From Micrococcaceae bacterium RIT 802 (GTDB lineage: Bacteria; Actinomycetota; Actinomycetes; Actinomycetales; Micrococcaceae): a DNA stretch of 24,000 bases. The first letter of the stretch is position 1; each line of letters opens with the position of its first letter. The stretch spans positions 19,600 through 43,599 of the forward strand of contig JAFEMX010000006.1 of assembly GCA_016892645.1 (NCBI GenBank), written 5' to 3'. Both the position numbers and the translations under genes were made by a program. Under the pieces are notes generated by a model that had not been told where the DNA came from, did not search any database, and saw only the letters and a list, made by a program, of their open reading frames with translations. Below are positions 15,756 to 23,936 of this stretch, one piece after another.

Positions 15756-16195
15756 ACGGCAACGGCCGTGGTCAGCACCTCATGATCAGCTCGCAGGCCG
15801 CCATCAGTCACCACGTCGACCTCGACTCCGAGCAGTTCCGTCGCCCGCTCAGTGAACGCGGCCAGCGCCATCAATCCGACGCCGGGCGAGCGTGTCACCA
15901 GGATGTCGAGGTCACTGCCCGGTTCGTCTGCCCCGCGCACGACCGACCCGAAGACGCGAAGGTTCGTGAGGCCGTAGTTCCCGGCCAACGTCACAAGCTC
16001 GTGACGGTGCTCAGCCAGCGCCTGATGAGGCAGCGGGCGGGCGGCGCGTCGCAGGCGCTCCAACATAACCGCCGAAGCCCTGCGTCTGCCGGCCTCGTAC
16101 GCCGCGATGTTGGGTTGTGCCACTCCTGACCGGTCGGCCAGCTCAGCTTGGCTGAGACCGGCCTCCTCACGCAGTTGTCGTACGGTGTTCACCAT
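15752..16195 (-). CDS. mntA: MntA-type nucleotidyltransferase antitoxin with an N-terminal XRE-type HTH
   Basis: The track ORF 15752..16480 is trimmed to MVNTVRQLREEAGLSQAELADRSGVAQPNIAAYEAG (HTH; ATG at 16195). It is followed by the NTase motif FGSVVRGADEPGSDLDILV. Confidence 0.85.
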   Translation of the reverse strand: MVNTVRQLREEAGLSQAELADRSGVAQPNIAAYEAGRRRASAVMLERLRRAARPLPHQALAEHRHELVTLAGNYGLTNLRVFGSVVRGADEPGSDLDILVTRSPGVGLMALAAFTERATELLGVEVDVVTDGGLRADHEVLTTAVAV

Positions 16196-16201
16196 GCAAC
16201 T

Positions 16202-16218
16202 ATCATATCGCGTGATAT
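16202..16218 (-). promoter_or_regulatory. Candidate -10 (TATGAT) for leaderless mntA-hepT, overlapping the inverted repeat ATATC-N4-GATAT
   Basis: The sense strand reads ATATATCACGCGA-TATGAT-AGTTGC-ATG, a TANNNT hexamer 6 nt from the start with no SD. The AT-rich inverted repeat at 16205-16218 is a plausible operator for the fused HTH. Confidence 0.3.
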
Positions 16219-16242
16219 ATAGACCCGCGGGGCTCGAGACCC

Positions 16243-16280
16243 CTAACACGTTCAATCGGACTCCACCGCTTTGCAATGCT
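16243..16280 (-). repeat. ychF-3'-end-like repeat, copy E (degenerate, with indels)
   Basis: The plus strand ctaacacgttcaatcggactccaccgctttgcaatgct aligns with copy A (ctacacgttgaaacgggaattccaccacgtttcgtaacc) with a few 1-nt indels. It lies between mntA and the DUF4177 gene. Confidence 0.5.
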
Positions 16281-16346
16281 GAGACCCTGTCGACGCGCCG
16301 GCACTTCGGGCTATCCAGACTCCCCGGCGCGTTTCGCGATGTGCGA

Positions 16347-16553
16347 TTAACCGAGGCTCTCGAAAACCATCGTTGCCTGGATGCGGTCACCGCCACCGAT
16401 TCCCTTGCTCCCGCTACTCGCAGTGGTAATGGTGTGGAGTCGATAGCCCTTCGCGGCCTGCTCGTTGATGGCCTGCTCAAGGGAGGACAGGTTGCCTGAA
16501 CCGGTTCCCCAGAGTTTCTCTTTGAGGATTACCAGTACGACGACATAGTGCAT
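16347..16553 (-). CDS. DUF4177 domain small protein
   Basis: The track ORF 16347..16931 is trimmed to MHYVVVLVILKEKLWGTGSGNLSSLEQAINEQAAKGYRLHTITTASSG...ATMVFESLG (ATG at 16553, 68 aa). This is the typical DUF4177 layout. Confidence 0.65.
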   Translation of the reverse strand: MHYVVVLVILKEKLWGTGSGNLSSLEQAINEQAAKGYRLHTITTASSGSKGIGGGDRIQATMVFESLG

Positions 16554-17043
16554 GACGTGACTTCTTCCGTTGCTGGTCAATTTGGAGTCATGCTCCTCGA
16601 TGCTGCGAGGTCCGGGCATAAGCGTGCATCCCAAAGGTCCTGAAGGAAGTAAGCCCTGCCAGCCGAAGCGCCGAGCGCACGGCTCCGCAGCCTTCTGCGT
16701 GATCCGCACTTCGACTTGCCGAACCTTGCCCGCGTTCCGAATGAATGCCGCCAAGACGCCAGGTGGAATTCTCAGGGCGCCGTCGCCTCGGCGAGACGTC
16801 GCGGCTGCCGCCGCCAATGTACCCCTGCGATGTTTGCGGCGACCTGCCCACAGAGCCCGGCTGTTCTGCCTTAGCCCGGAATTCGACAGGGGATTAATCC
16901 AGACACTCAACCCGACGAAACTCGCTGTCAATCATGGCGTGACCCCAGTTAGCTCATGATGGGCGTTCTAGACAACGCAATTCCTGGCCTCCAGCTTGTA
17001 AGTCGATCGAATAGCAGATTCGGCAGAATCGTGGGGAAGCTGA

Positions 17044-17090
17044 CTACACGTTGAAACGGGAATTCCACCACGTTTCGTAACCGATCAACA
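17044..17090 (-). repeat. ychF-3'-end-like repeat, copy A
   Basis: The sense strand reads GATGTTGATCGGTTACGAAAC-GTGGTGGAATTCCCGTTTCAACGTGTAG. Deleting one C of the CCC run restores VVEFRFNV* with only synonymous differences from ychF. Confidence 0.8.
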
Positions 17091-17159
17091 TCACCGGCGC
17101 CTGCGATCCCAGCTACGTCCTCAGGCTCCGCGGCCGGCGGCCCTCGCGTGGCGGCGTCA

Positions 17160-17600
17160 CTAACGGGGGCGCCGAAATGGGTAGGGCCACCACCACCGAT
17201 GTTGCGATCGGCGCTCAGCCCTGCGTCGAGCAGTGTCCAGATAATCATCACGCGCTGGGACAAAGACCGACTCAGGCAAACTCAGCGGCGCACGATTCAA
17301 CTCACTTTCTGCCAGCAGATGGCTAATTGCCCTCGGCATCAGCCGCATCCCGCCAGAACCTTTCACGGACCGCATGAGCTGTCCGCCCTGCTCAGTGAGC
17401 CTCATCCTCCAGGATGGATCGACCTCAGCAAGGCCGGAACCCACCAGGATAGATATTGCCGTCTCAATCTGTGTGCTTGAAGGCACGTCGGCCTGCAGCA
17501 TGTCCCATCCTGACAGCAACCCGCGTATCGATGAGGGGTGCTTCCCTCGACGGAGCAGGGTCATAAGCGTCGCGGCGTCCTCCGTGTCTCTACGGTCCAT
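17160..17600 (-). CDS. Hypothetical protein (possible winged-helix-like); orphan cassette next to ychF
   Basis: The track ORF 17160..17723 is trimmed to MDRRDTEDAATLMTLLRRGKHPSSIRGLLSGWDMLQADVPSSTQIETAISILVGSGLAEV (ATG at 17600). The 3' part has a paralogous remnant at 12797-12886. The W/R/P-rich last ~20 codons may be out of frame. Confidence 0.5.
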   Translation of the reverse strand: MDRRDTEDAATLMTLLRRGKHPSSIRGLLSGWDMLQADVPSSTQIETAISILVGSGLAEVDPSWRMRLTEQGGQLMRSVKGSGGMRLMPRAISHLLAESELNRAPLSLPESVFVPARDDYLDTARRRAERRSQHRWWWPYPFRRPR

Positions 17601-17754
17601 GAAGTTCAGGCTAGCCAGCTTCGAGCCCCCCGCCGAATCGGGAACAGCCACCGTTCCCGAAGTACTTGACGTTCCCGTCGGTCCAGGAAGCGAAGGAAGA
17701 AAGGCCCGAGATGCGATCAGCATCCCGAACCTTTCTCAAGCAATTGGTCGAGGC

Positions 17755-18840
17755 CTATACATTGAAGCGGAACTCCACCACGTCGCCGTCCTTCATGACG
17801 TAGTCCTTGCCCTCGATGCGCGCCTTGCCGGCGGCCTTGGCAGCGGCGGTGGATCCGGCGGCGACGAGGTCGTCGAACCCGATGACCTCGGCCTTGATGA
17901 AACCGCGCTGGAAGTCGGTGTGGATGACGCCCGCGGCCTGCGGGGCCGTGTCTCCCTGGTGGATCGTCCAGGCGCGCGATTCCTTCGGTCCGGCGGTCAA
18001 GTAAGTCTGCAGTCCCAGGGTCTTGAAGCCGACGCGGGCCAGCTTGTCCAGGCCCGACTCGGCATAGCCGGCCTCCGCGAGCATCTCGGCTGCCTCGTCC
18101 TCGTCGAGTTCCACGAGGTCGGATTCGAACTGGGCATCCAGGAAGATGGCCTCCGCCGGCGCGACGAGTTCGGACAAGCGCGAACGCAAGGCGTCATCGG
18201 CCAGTCCGTCCTCGTCCATGTTGAAGACGTAGATGAACGGCTTCGTGGTCATCAGCTGCAGCGAGGCGATCTCCGCCAGGTCCAGCTTCGCGGCGGCAGC
18301 ACCAGCGAACAGGGTGGTCCCGGATTCCAGGACCTCCTGGGCGGTCTTGATGGCCGCCAGCAGGGAGGCGTCGGCCTTCTTGGCCTTGACCTCCTTTTCC
18401 AGGCGCGGCAGCTGGTTTTCGATCGTCTGCAGATCGGCGAGGATCAGCTCGGTGGCGATCGTCTCGATGTCGCCGGCCGGATCGATCTCGCCGTTGACGT
18501 GCACGACGTCGGAATCGGAGAACGCACGGGTGACCTGGCAGATGGCGTCGGCTTCGCGGATGTTGGCCAGGAACTTGTTGCCCAGCCCCTCCCCCTCGGA
18601 CGCGCCCTTGACGATGCCGGCGATGTCGACGAACGACACCGTCGCCGGCAGGATGCGCTCGGATCCGAAGATCCCGGCCAGGACCTTCAGCCGGTCATCG
18701 GGCAGGGACACCACTCCGACGTTGGGCTCGATCGTGGCGAACGGGTAGTTCGCCGCGAGAACCTGCGCGCGGGTCAGTGCATTGAACATGGTTGACTTGC
18801 CGACGTTGGGCAGTCCGACGATTCCGATTGTTAGAGCCAC
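17755..18840 (-). CDS. ychF: Redox-regulated ATPase YchF (Obg-like GTPase family)
   Basis: A GTG at 18840 gives the canonical N-terminus (M)ALTIGIVGLPNVGKSTMFNALT. The TGS-like C-terminus is KDYVMKDGDVVEFRFNV*. The track start at 18864 is a TTG 8 codons upstream. Confidence 0.93.
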   Translation of the reverse strand: MALTIGIVGLPNVGKSTMFNALTRAQVLAANYPFATIEPNVGVVSLPDDRLKVLAGIFGSERILPATVSFVDIAGIVKGASEGEGLGNKFLANIREADAICQVTRAFSDSDVVHVNGEIDPAGDIETIATELILADLQTIENQLPRLEKEVKAKKADASLLAAIKTAQEVLESGTTLFAGAAAAKLDLAEIASLQLMTTKPFIYVFNMDEDGLADDALRSRLSELVAPAEAIFLDAQFESDLVELDEDEAAEMLAEAGYAESGLDKLARVGFKTLGLQTYLTAGPKESRAWTIHQGDTAPQAAGVIHTDFQRGFIKAEVIGFDDLVAAGSTAAAKAAGKARIEGKDYVMKDGDVVEFRFNV

Positions 18841-18894
18841 GGGAGACAACTCTACCTGCCGCAAACTGTCGGCGCAGGCTGGCAGAGTGGGGGC

Positions 18895-20145
18895 ATGGAC
18901 GCTTTCGCATGGGTTGTGTCGACTCTCACGCTGTTATTGGGACTGGTACTCGGGGCCGCTGGCCTGTGGGTGCTGGGCTTCCGCGACCGTTTTGCGGCCC
19001 TCACCGACGAGAACCGCCGGACCTCCCAGGACCTGGCCGCCGCCCAGTCGGCCTTGGCCACGGCCCGCGGTCAGGTGGAGTCGCTGCAGTCACGCGCCGA
19101 TGCCGACCGTGCACGGGAGGGTGCCGACCGCCAGGTGCTGCAGGTCCTGGCCCCGGTGGCGGACAAGCTCCACCAGGTCCAGCAGCAGGTCACCGTCCTG
19201 GAACGCGACCGGGTGGAACAGTACGGCCAGCTCAGCCAGCAGCTGAGCATGGCCGCCGAACAGGATGCCGCCATCCTGAGGACGACGTCGTCGCTCGCCG
19301 GTGCCCTGCGCAACACCTCGGCGCGGGGCACCTGGGGCGAGGTGCAGTTGCGACGCGTGGTCGAAGCCGCGGGCATGTTGTCCCGGGTGGACTTCAACGA
19401 ACAGGTCACCACGTCCACCGGCAAGCGCCCGGACATGGTCATCACGCTGCCGGGCGGAAAATCCGTCGCCGTGGATTCCAAGGTGCCGCTGAACTCCTAC
19501 CTGTTGGCGCAGGAGATCGACCTGCTGGCCGAACCCGCCCGCGAGACGGAGCGCCGTTCGCTCCTGGAAGCCCATGCAAAGGCATTGCGGGCGCACGTCG
19601 ATGACCTGGCCTCGAAGTCGTACTGGGAATCCATTCCGGGCAGCCCCGAGCTGGTGGTCTGCTTCCTGCCGGCCGAGTCGTTCCTGGCCGCGGCGGTCAC
19701 CAGTGATACCGAGTTGCTGGACCATGCGTTCTCCAAGAACGTCGCCCTCGCGGCACCGGCCACGCTGCTCTCCATCCTCAAGGGGCTCTCGTTTGCCTGG
19801 CGGCAGGAGCTGCTCACGGAGAATGCGCGGGCGCTGTTCGATGAATCCCAGGAGCTGTACAACCGGTTGGGCACTCTGGGAACCCACGTGACCAGGCTGG
19901 GGTCCTCCCTCAAATCGAGCGTGGAGAAGTACAACTCGTTCGTGGGGACGCTGGAATCGCGGGTCCTGCCCTCGGTGCGCCGGATCCAGAACCTCGATCC
20001 CGGCCACGGCGTCAGCTCGGTGGACGGTGCGGGCTTGTCGGTCGCGCCGCTCGAATCGACGCCGCGGGTGCTCAGCGCCAGCGAATTGCTGTCGGCCGAG
20101 CCGGATCCCGAGGACCAGGACGGCCGGAGCAGCGCAACCGCCTAG
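18895..20145 (+). CDS. rmuC: DNA recombination protein RmuC
   Basis: 416 aa with an N-terminal TM helix, a coiled-coil region, and the RmuC core ([18 protein letters not shown]...[22 protein letters not shown]). Confidence 0.9.
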   Translation: MDAFAWVVSTLTLLLGLVLGAAGLWVLGFRDRFAALTDENRRTSQDLAAAQSALATARGQVESLQSRADADRAREGADRQVLQVLAPVADKLHQVQQQVTVLERDRVEQYGQLSQQLSMAAEQDAAILRTTSSLAGALRNTSARGTWGEVQLRRVVEAAGMLSRVDFNEQVTTSTGKRPDMVITLPGGKSVAVDSKVPLNSYLLAQEIDLLAEPARETERRSLLEAHAKALRAHVDDLASKSYWESIPGSPELVVCFLPAESFLAAAVTSDTELLDHAFSKNVALAAPATLLSILKGLSFAWRQELLTENARALFDESQELYNRLGTLGTHVTRLGSSLKSSVEKYNSFVGTLESRVLPSVRRIQNLDPGHGVSSVDGAGLSVAPLESTPRVLSASELLSAEPDPEDQDGRSSATA

Positions 20146-21236
20146 CGGCCGCCGTGGCCGCCGAGCCCGCGTGAGGAGTCGCCGGCTTCCTTGAGCTTGG
20201 AGCGCAACTCCTTGGGCAGCGAGAAGAGGATGTCCTCCTCTGCGGTGACGACCTCCTCCGCGGGGCCGAAGCCGTACTCGGTCAGCAGGTCGAGCACCTC
20301 GCGGACCAGCACCTCGGGCACGGAGGCGCCCGAGGTGATGCCGACGCTGGAGACGCCCTCGAACCAGCCCTCGTCGATCTCGTTGGCGAAGTCCACGCGG
20401 TGGGCGTCCTTGGCCCCGTATTCGAGGGCCACTTCGACCAGGCGCACCGAGTTGGAGGAGTTCGCCGATCCGACGACGATGACCAGCTCGGCTTCGGGGG
20501 CGATCTTCTTGATGGCCGTCTGCCGGTTGGAGGTGGCGTAGCAGATGTCGTCGCTGGGCGGGTCCTGCAGGTTGGGGAAGCGTTCGCGCAGGATGTGCAC
20601 GATCTCCATCGTCTCGTCGACCGAGAGCGTGGTCTGCGACAGCCAGATCAGGTGGTCGGGGTCCTCGACCTCGACCGTGCGGGCCTCGGCCGGGTTGTTG
20701 ACGATCGTGGTGCTTTCCGGTGCCTCGCCGTAGGTGCCCTCGACTTCCTCGTGGCCCTCGTGGCCGATGAGCAGGATGTGGTTGTCGGCCTTGGCGAAGC
20801 GGACGGCCTCACGGTGGACCTTGGTGACCAGGGGGCAGGTGGCGTCGATGGTGCGCAGCTGGCGGTCCGCCGCCGATTGCACGACGGCGGGACTCACCCC
20901 ATGGGCCGAGAAGACCACCAGGGCCCCCTCCGGGACCTCGTCGGTCTCCTCCACGAAGATGGCGCCGCGCTCCTCCAGCGTGGAGACCACATGGACGTTG
21001 TGCACGATCTGCTTGCGCACGTACACCGGTGCGCCGTAGTGCTCCAGGGCCTTCTCGACCGCGATCACGGCACGGTCGACGCCGGCGCAGTATCCGCGCG
21101 GCGCGGCCAGCAGCACGCGCTTGGGACCTTCGACGGGGGCGGCTGCGGCGATTTCCTCCGGGGAGCGACGACGACGGGGCACCCGGGGCATGGGCACGGA
21201 TACCGGGACGGCAGGGCTGATGGACATGCCCTCCAT
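20142..21236 (-). CDS. ispH: 4-hydroxy-3-methylbut-2-enyl diphosphate reductase
   Basis: Contains [42 protein letters not shown] and GSANSSNS, which are the IspH signature blocks including the three Fe-S cysteines. The start could be 21236 or 21227. Confidence 0.93.
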   Translation of the reverse strand: MEGMSISPAVPVSVPMPRVPRRRRSPEEIAAAAPVEGPKRVLLAAPRGYCAGVDRAVIAVEKALEHYGAPVYVRKQIVHNVHVVSTLEERGAIFVEETDEVPEGALVVFSAHGVSPAVVQSAADRQLRTIDATCPLVTKVHREAVRFAKADNHILLIGHEGHEEVEGTYGEAPESTTIVNNPAEARTVEVEDPDHLIWLSQTTLSVDETMEIVHILRERFPNLQDPPSDDICYATSNRQTAIKKIAPEAELVIVVGSANSSNSVRLVEVALEYGAKDAHRVDFANEIDEGWFEGVSSVGITSGASVPEVLVREVLDLLTEYGFGPAEEVVTAEEDILFSLPKELRSKLKEAGDSSRGLGGHGGR

Positions 21237-21237
21237 G

Positions 21238-22203
21238 CTATCCGTTCCGGCGTCTGTCCTCGATGAGTCGGATCACAACGCCCAGGACCACCACCGCGCC
21301 CCCGGCGACGAGGGACAGGATGCCCGCCGTTTCCAGGCGGCCGCCCACGACGCTGGAGGCGTGGGCCCGCACGGCCTCGCCCAGCAGGGCGCCGGCCTCC
21401 GCGACACTGGGGGTTTGCCCGGGTTGCAGTGCCGGATGCCCGCCGTCAGCCGACAACCACTGCCCGGGGGCGTTGAGCAAGACGATGGCCCAGATGCAGG
21501 TCAGGAGCCCGCCCAGGACCACGACCGGGCCGCGTGCACGCGGCCGGGCCAGCAGGATCGAGGCAATGGCGGCCAGCGCCGCCACCGCGGCCGCCCACCC
21601 CCAGAATCCCGCCGCCCAGACCAGGGCGGCGATGCGCGCCGAGCCCTCAGGGCCAATGCCCGGGATGTCCAACTCCACGGACGCCTCGACGTCCGTGGGC
21701 AGCATCCCGGCCAGCATTCCGAGGCCCAGTCCGCCCGCATCGTCCTTCAGCCGCTGTACCCCCTGCGTGGCCAGCGGGCCCAGCTCCAGGACCACCGGTG
21801 CAGTCTCGGCCTTGCCGGTGCGCACGGCCTCCAGCCGGTCCACATACGCCTGACGGGACGCGTCGATGCTCGTCATCCACGCCGGCTGGAAGCCGCTGCT
21901 GTCCAGCACCGCTGTCACCGCACGCGCACTGGCGCGTTCCAGCACGTCCTCCAACGCAGAGGGAACCGGCACGCCCGCAGGGAGCTGGTCCAGGATCCCG
22001 TGCAGGACCAACGGAGGAAGCGCTGCTCGGACGGCGTCGTCCTGGGGCAGGCTTCCGGCGATCTCCCGGGCGGGTCCGGACGTATGCGCCAGCCGGTCGA
22101 CGGCCGAACCGGCCACCGCGGCAAAGGCCAGCAGTGCTGCCAGCACCATCAACAGCGCGGATGCCGCAGTGCGCACGCAACCCCCTCGGATCGGTCGATT
22201 CAC
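21238..22203 (-). CDS. Conserved-position integral membrane protein, unknown function
   Basis: The track ORF 21238..22509 is trimmed to the GTG at 22203, preceded by GGGGAGGG. It has an N-terminal TM helix ([17 protein letters not shown]), a soluble middle part and 3-4 C-terminal TM helices. The stop abuts the ispH start. Confidence 0.6.
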   Translation of the reverse strand: MNRPIRGGCVRTAASALLMVLAALLAFAAVAGSAVDRLAHTSGPAREIAGSLPQDDAVRAALPPLVLHGILDQLPAGVPVPSALEDVLERASARAVTAVLDSSGFQPAWMTSIDASRQAYVDRLEAVRTGKAETAPVVLELGPLATQGVQRLKDDAGGLGLGMLAGMLPTDVEASVELDIPGIGPEGSARIAALVWAAGFWGWAAAVAALAAIASILLARPRARGPVVVLGGLLTCIWAIVLLNAPGQWLSADGGHPALQPGQTPSVAEAGALLGEAVRAHASSVVGGRLETAGILSLVAGGAVVVLGVVIRLIEDRRRNG

Positions 22204-22374
22204 CCGGCACGCCCTCCCCGGGGTGCCCCATTTATCCCAGCCTACTGGTATGCATGTACATGGACCCGGACGACCGCCGGAGCCACCACGAGACCGGGAG
22301 CAAGAGCAGTGGAGAACCCGAACCTGCCCGCCGAGGACGGCCCGCGCCCCGACGGCGGGGGCACCCTTCCCCGG

Positions 22375-23625
22375 ATGGCCGGCGACACCACCCCCGAGTC
22401 CCCCTGGCCGCTGCGCGTCTTTTCCGAAAAGCTCAAACAACACATCGAACGCGCACCGGCCGCCTGGATCGAGGGCCAGCTCCTCGAGGCCAATGTGCGC
22501 AACGGGCATGCCTACCTGACCATGCGCGACGTCGATGTCGAGTACTCGCTCTCCGTGAATGTCTGGTCCTCGGTGATGCGCCGGCTGGAAACGAAACCCG
22601 AGGTCGGTTCACGCGTGGTTGCCCGGCTGGCCCCGAACCTGTACCTGAAGACCGGCCGGCTCTCCATGGTCGCCTCCGACGTCCGGCCGGTCGGGCTCGG
22701 GGACCTGCTCGCCCGGCTGGAGCGGCTGCGGCACGCCCTGGCCGAGGAGGGGCTCTTCGATCCCTCCCGGAAACGCCGGTTGCCGCTGCTGCCGCAACGG
22801 ATCGGCCTGATCACCGGCCGGGACTCGGACGCCGAGAAGGACGTCATCCGCAATTCCACGCTGCGGTGGCCGGCCGTCGAGTTCGTGGTCCGCAACACCG
22901 CAGTGCAGGGAGTCAACGCGGTCTCCGAGGTCATGGCCGCCCTGCGCGAACTGGACGCCGACCCCTCCGTGGACCTGATCGTCATCGCCCGCGGCGGAGG
23001 CGCCCTGGAGGACCTGCTGCCCTTCAGCGCCGAGGAACTCGTCCGGGCCGTCTCCGACGCGGGCACCCCGGTCGTCAGCGCCATCGGCCACGAGGCCGAC
23101 CGCCCCATCCTCGACGATGTCGCGGACCTGCGGGCCTCCACCCCGACCGACGCCGCCAAGCGCATCGTCCCGGACCTGGGCGAGGAGCTGCTCGGGATCG
23201 AACAGGCCCGGGCACGGATGGACCGTGCCGTCGCGTTGTTCATCGATCGGGCCGGGCAGCAGCTCGAGTCCCTCCGCACCCGTCCGGTGCTGGCCCATCC
23301 CGAGGGCATGGTGCAGGTGCGCAGCGAGGACCTGGAGCGGCTGCGGGAGCGTTCACACCGCTCCATCGACACGCTGGTCCGCCGCGGGCACGACGCCGTG
23401 GCCCACCTCCGCGCCCAGGTCAGGGCGCTCTCCCCGCAGCAGACCCTGGACCGCGGCTACGCCGTCGTCCAAACGGCGGCCGGCGCCGTGGTCCGCTCCC
23501 CCGCGGATGCACCCACAGACACCGGGCTGGCCATCCGGCTGGCCCGCGGAAAGCTCACCGCCGTCGTCCTCTCGACCGAGGACGATCCCCAGGAAGCGGC
23601 GGCAGACAGGAAGGCAGCAGGATGA
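22375..23625 (+). CDS. xseA: Exodeoxyribonuclease VII large subunit
   Basis: The track ORF 21121..23625 is trimmed to MAGDTTPESPWPLRVFSEKLKQHIERAPAAWIEGQL (ATG at 22375). It contains GLITGRDSDAEKDV and IARGGGALEDLLPFS, the typical XseA blocks. Confidence 0.9.
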   Translation: MAGDTTPESPWPLRVFSEKLKQHIERAPAAWIEGQLLEANVRNGHAYLTMRDVDVEYSLSVNVWSSVMRRLETKPEVGSRVVARLAPNLYLKTGRLSMVASDVRPVGLGDLLARLERLRHALAEEGLFDPSRKRRLPLLPQRIGLITGRDSDAEKDVIRNSTLRWPAVEFVVRNTAVQGVNAVSEVMAALRELDADPSVDLIVIARGGGALEDLLPFSAEELVRAVSDAGTPVVSAIGHEADRPILDDVADLRASTPTDAAKRIVPDLGEELLGIEQARARMDRAVALFIDRAGQQLESLRTRPVLAHPEGMVQVRSEDLERLRERSHRSIDTLVRRGHDAVAHLRAQVRALSPQQTLDRGYAVVQTAAGAVVRSPADAPTDTGLAIRLARGKLTAVVLSTEDDPQEAAADRKAAG

Positions 23626-23873
23626 CAGAGACCGAGGCCAACGCGGACATCGCCGGGCTCAGCTACGAACAGGCGCGCGAGGAACTGGTGGCCGTCGTCT
23701 CCCAGTTGGAGGCCGGTGGGGCCAGCCTGGAGCAATCTCTGGCCCTCTGGGAACGTGGCGAGGCGCTGGCAGCGCGCTGCGAAGCCTGGCTCGAGGGGGC
23801 CCGCGCACGTCTCGATGCCGCCCGTGACCGGGCCGGGCGCGGCGACGCCCCGGAGGGCGACGCCGGGGCCTGA
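23622..23873 (+). CDS. xseB: Exodeoxyribonuclease VII small subunit
   Basis: 83 aa containing LSYEQAREELVAVVSQLEAGGASLEQSLALWERGEALAARC. It overlaps the xseA stop in ATGA. Confidence 0.9.
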   Translation: MTETEANADIAGLSYEQAREELVAVVSQLEAGGASLEQSLALWERGEALAARCEAWLEGARARLDAARDRAGRGDAPEGDAGA

Positions 23874-23936
23874 CACCCCATGGTGCACCACCCTCCTGCG
23901 CTGTAGCCTTGGCCGAGCGGACGACAAGGAGTCGAC

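Noticed and set aside
7537-17754. An integrase, transposase, relaxase or IS element that could explain the mosaic region
   Set aside because: I looked through all six frames of the interval. No tyrosine or serine recombinase, DDE transposase or terminal inverted repeats were recognisable, so none is reported.
17374-18795. A 473-aa plus-strand ORF antisense to ychF. Similar cases are 19090..20007 antisense to rmuC, 20400..21266 antisense to ispH, and 2378..3301 antisense to nat
   Set aside because: Each is the mirror frame of a confidently identified gene, has low-complexity G/R/D/L-rich composition, and belongs to no recognisable family.
21534-23873. A 779-aa ORF, plus the 418-codon N-terminal extension of track ORF 21121..23625, both overlapping xseA and the membrane gene
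   Set aside because: The sequences are extremely R/P/G/A-rich with no motifs, and they sit out of frame or antisense to genes with clear family signatures. This is the typical open-frame artefact of ~70% GC DNA.
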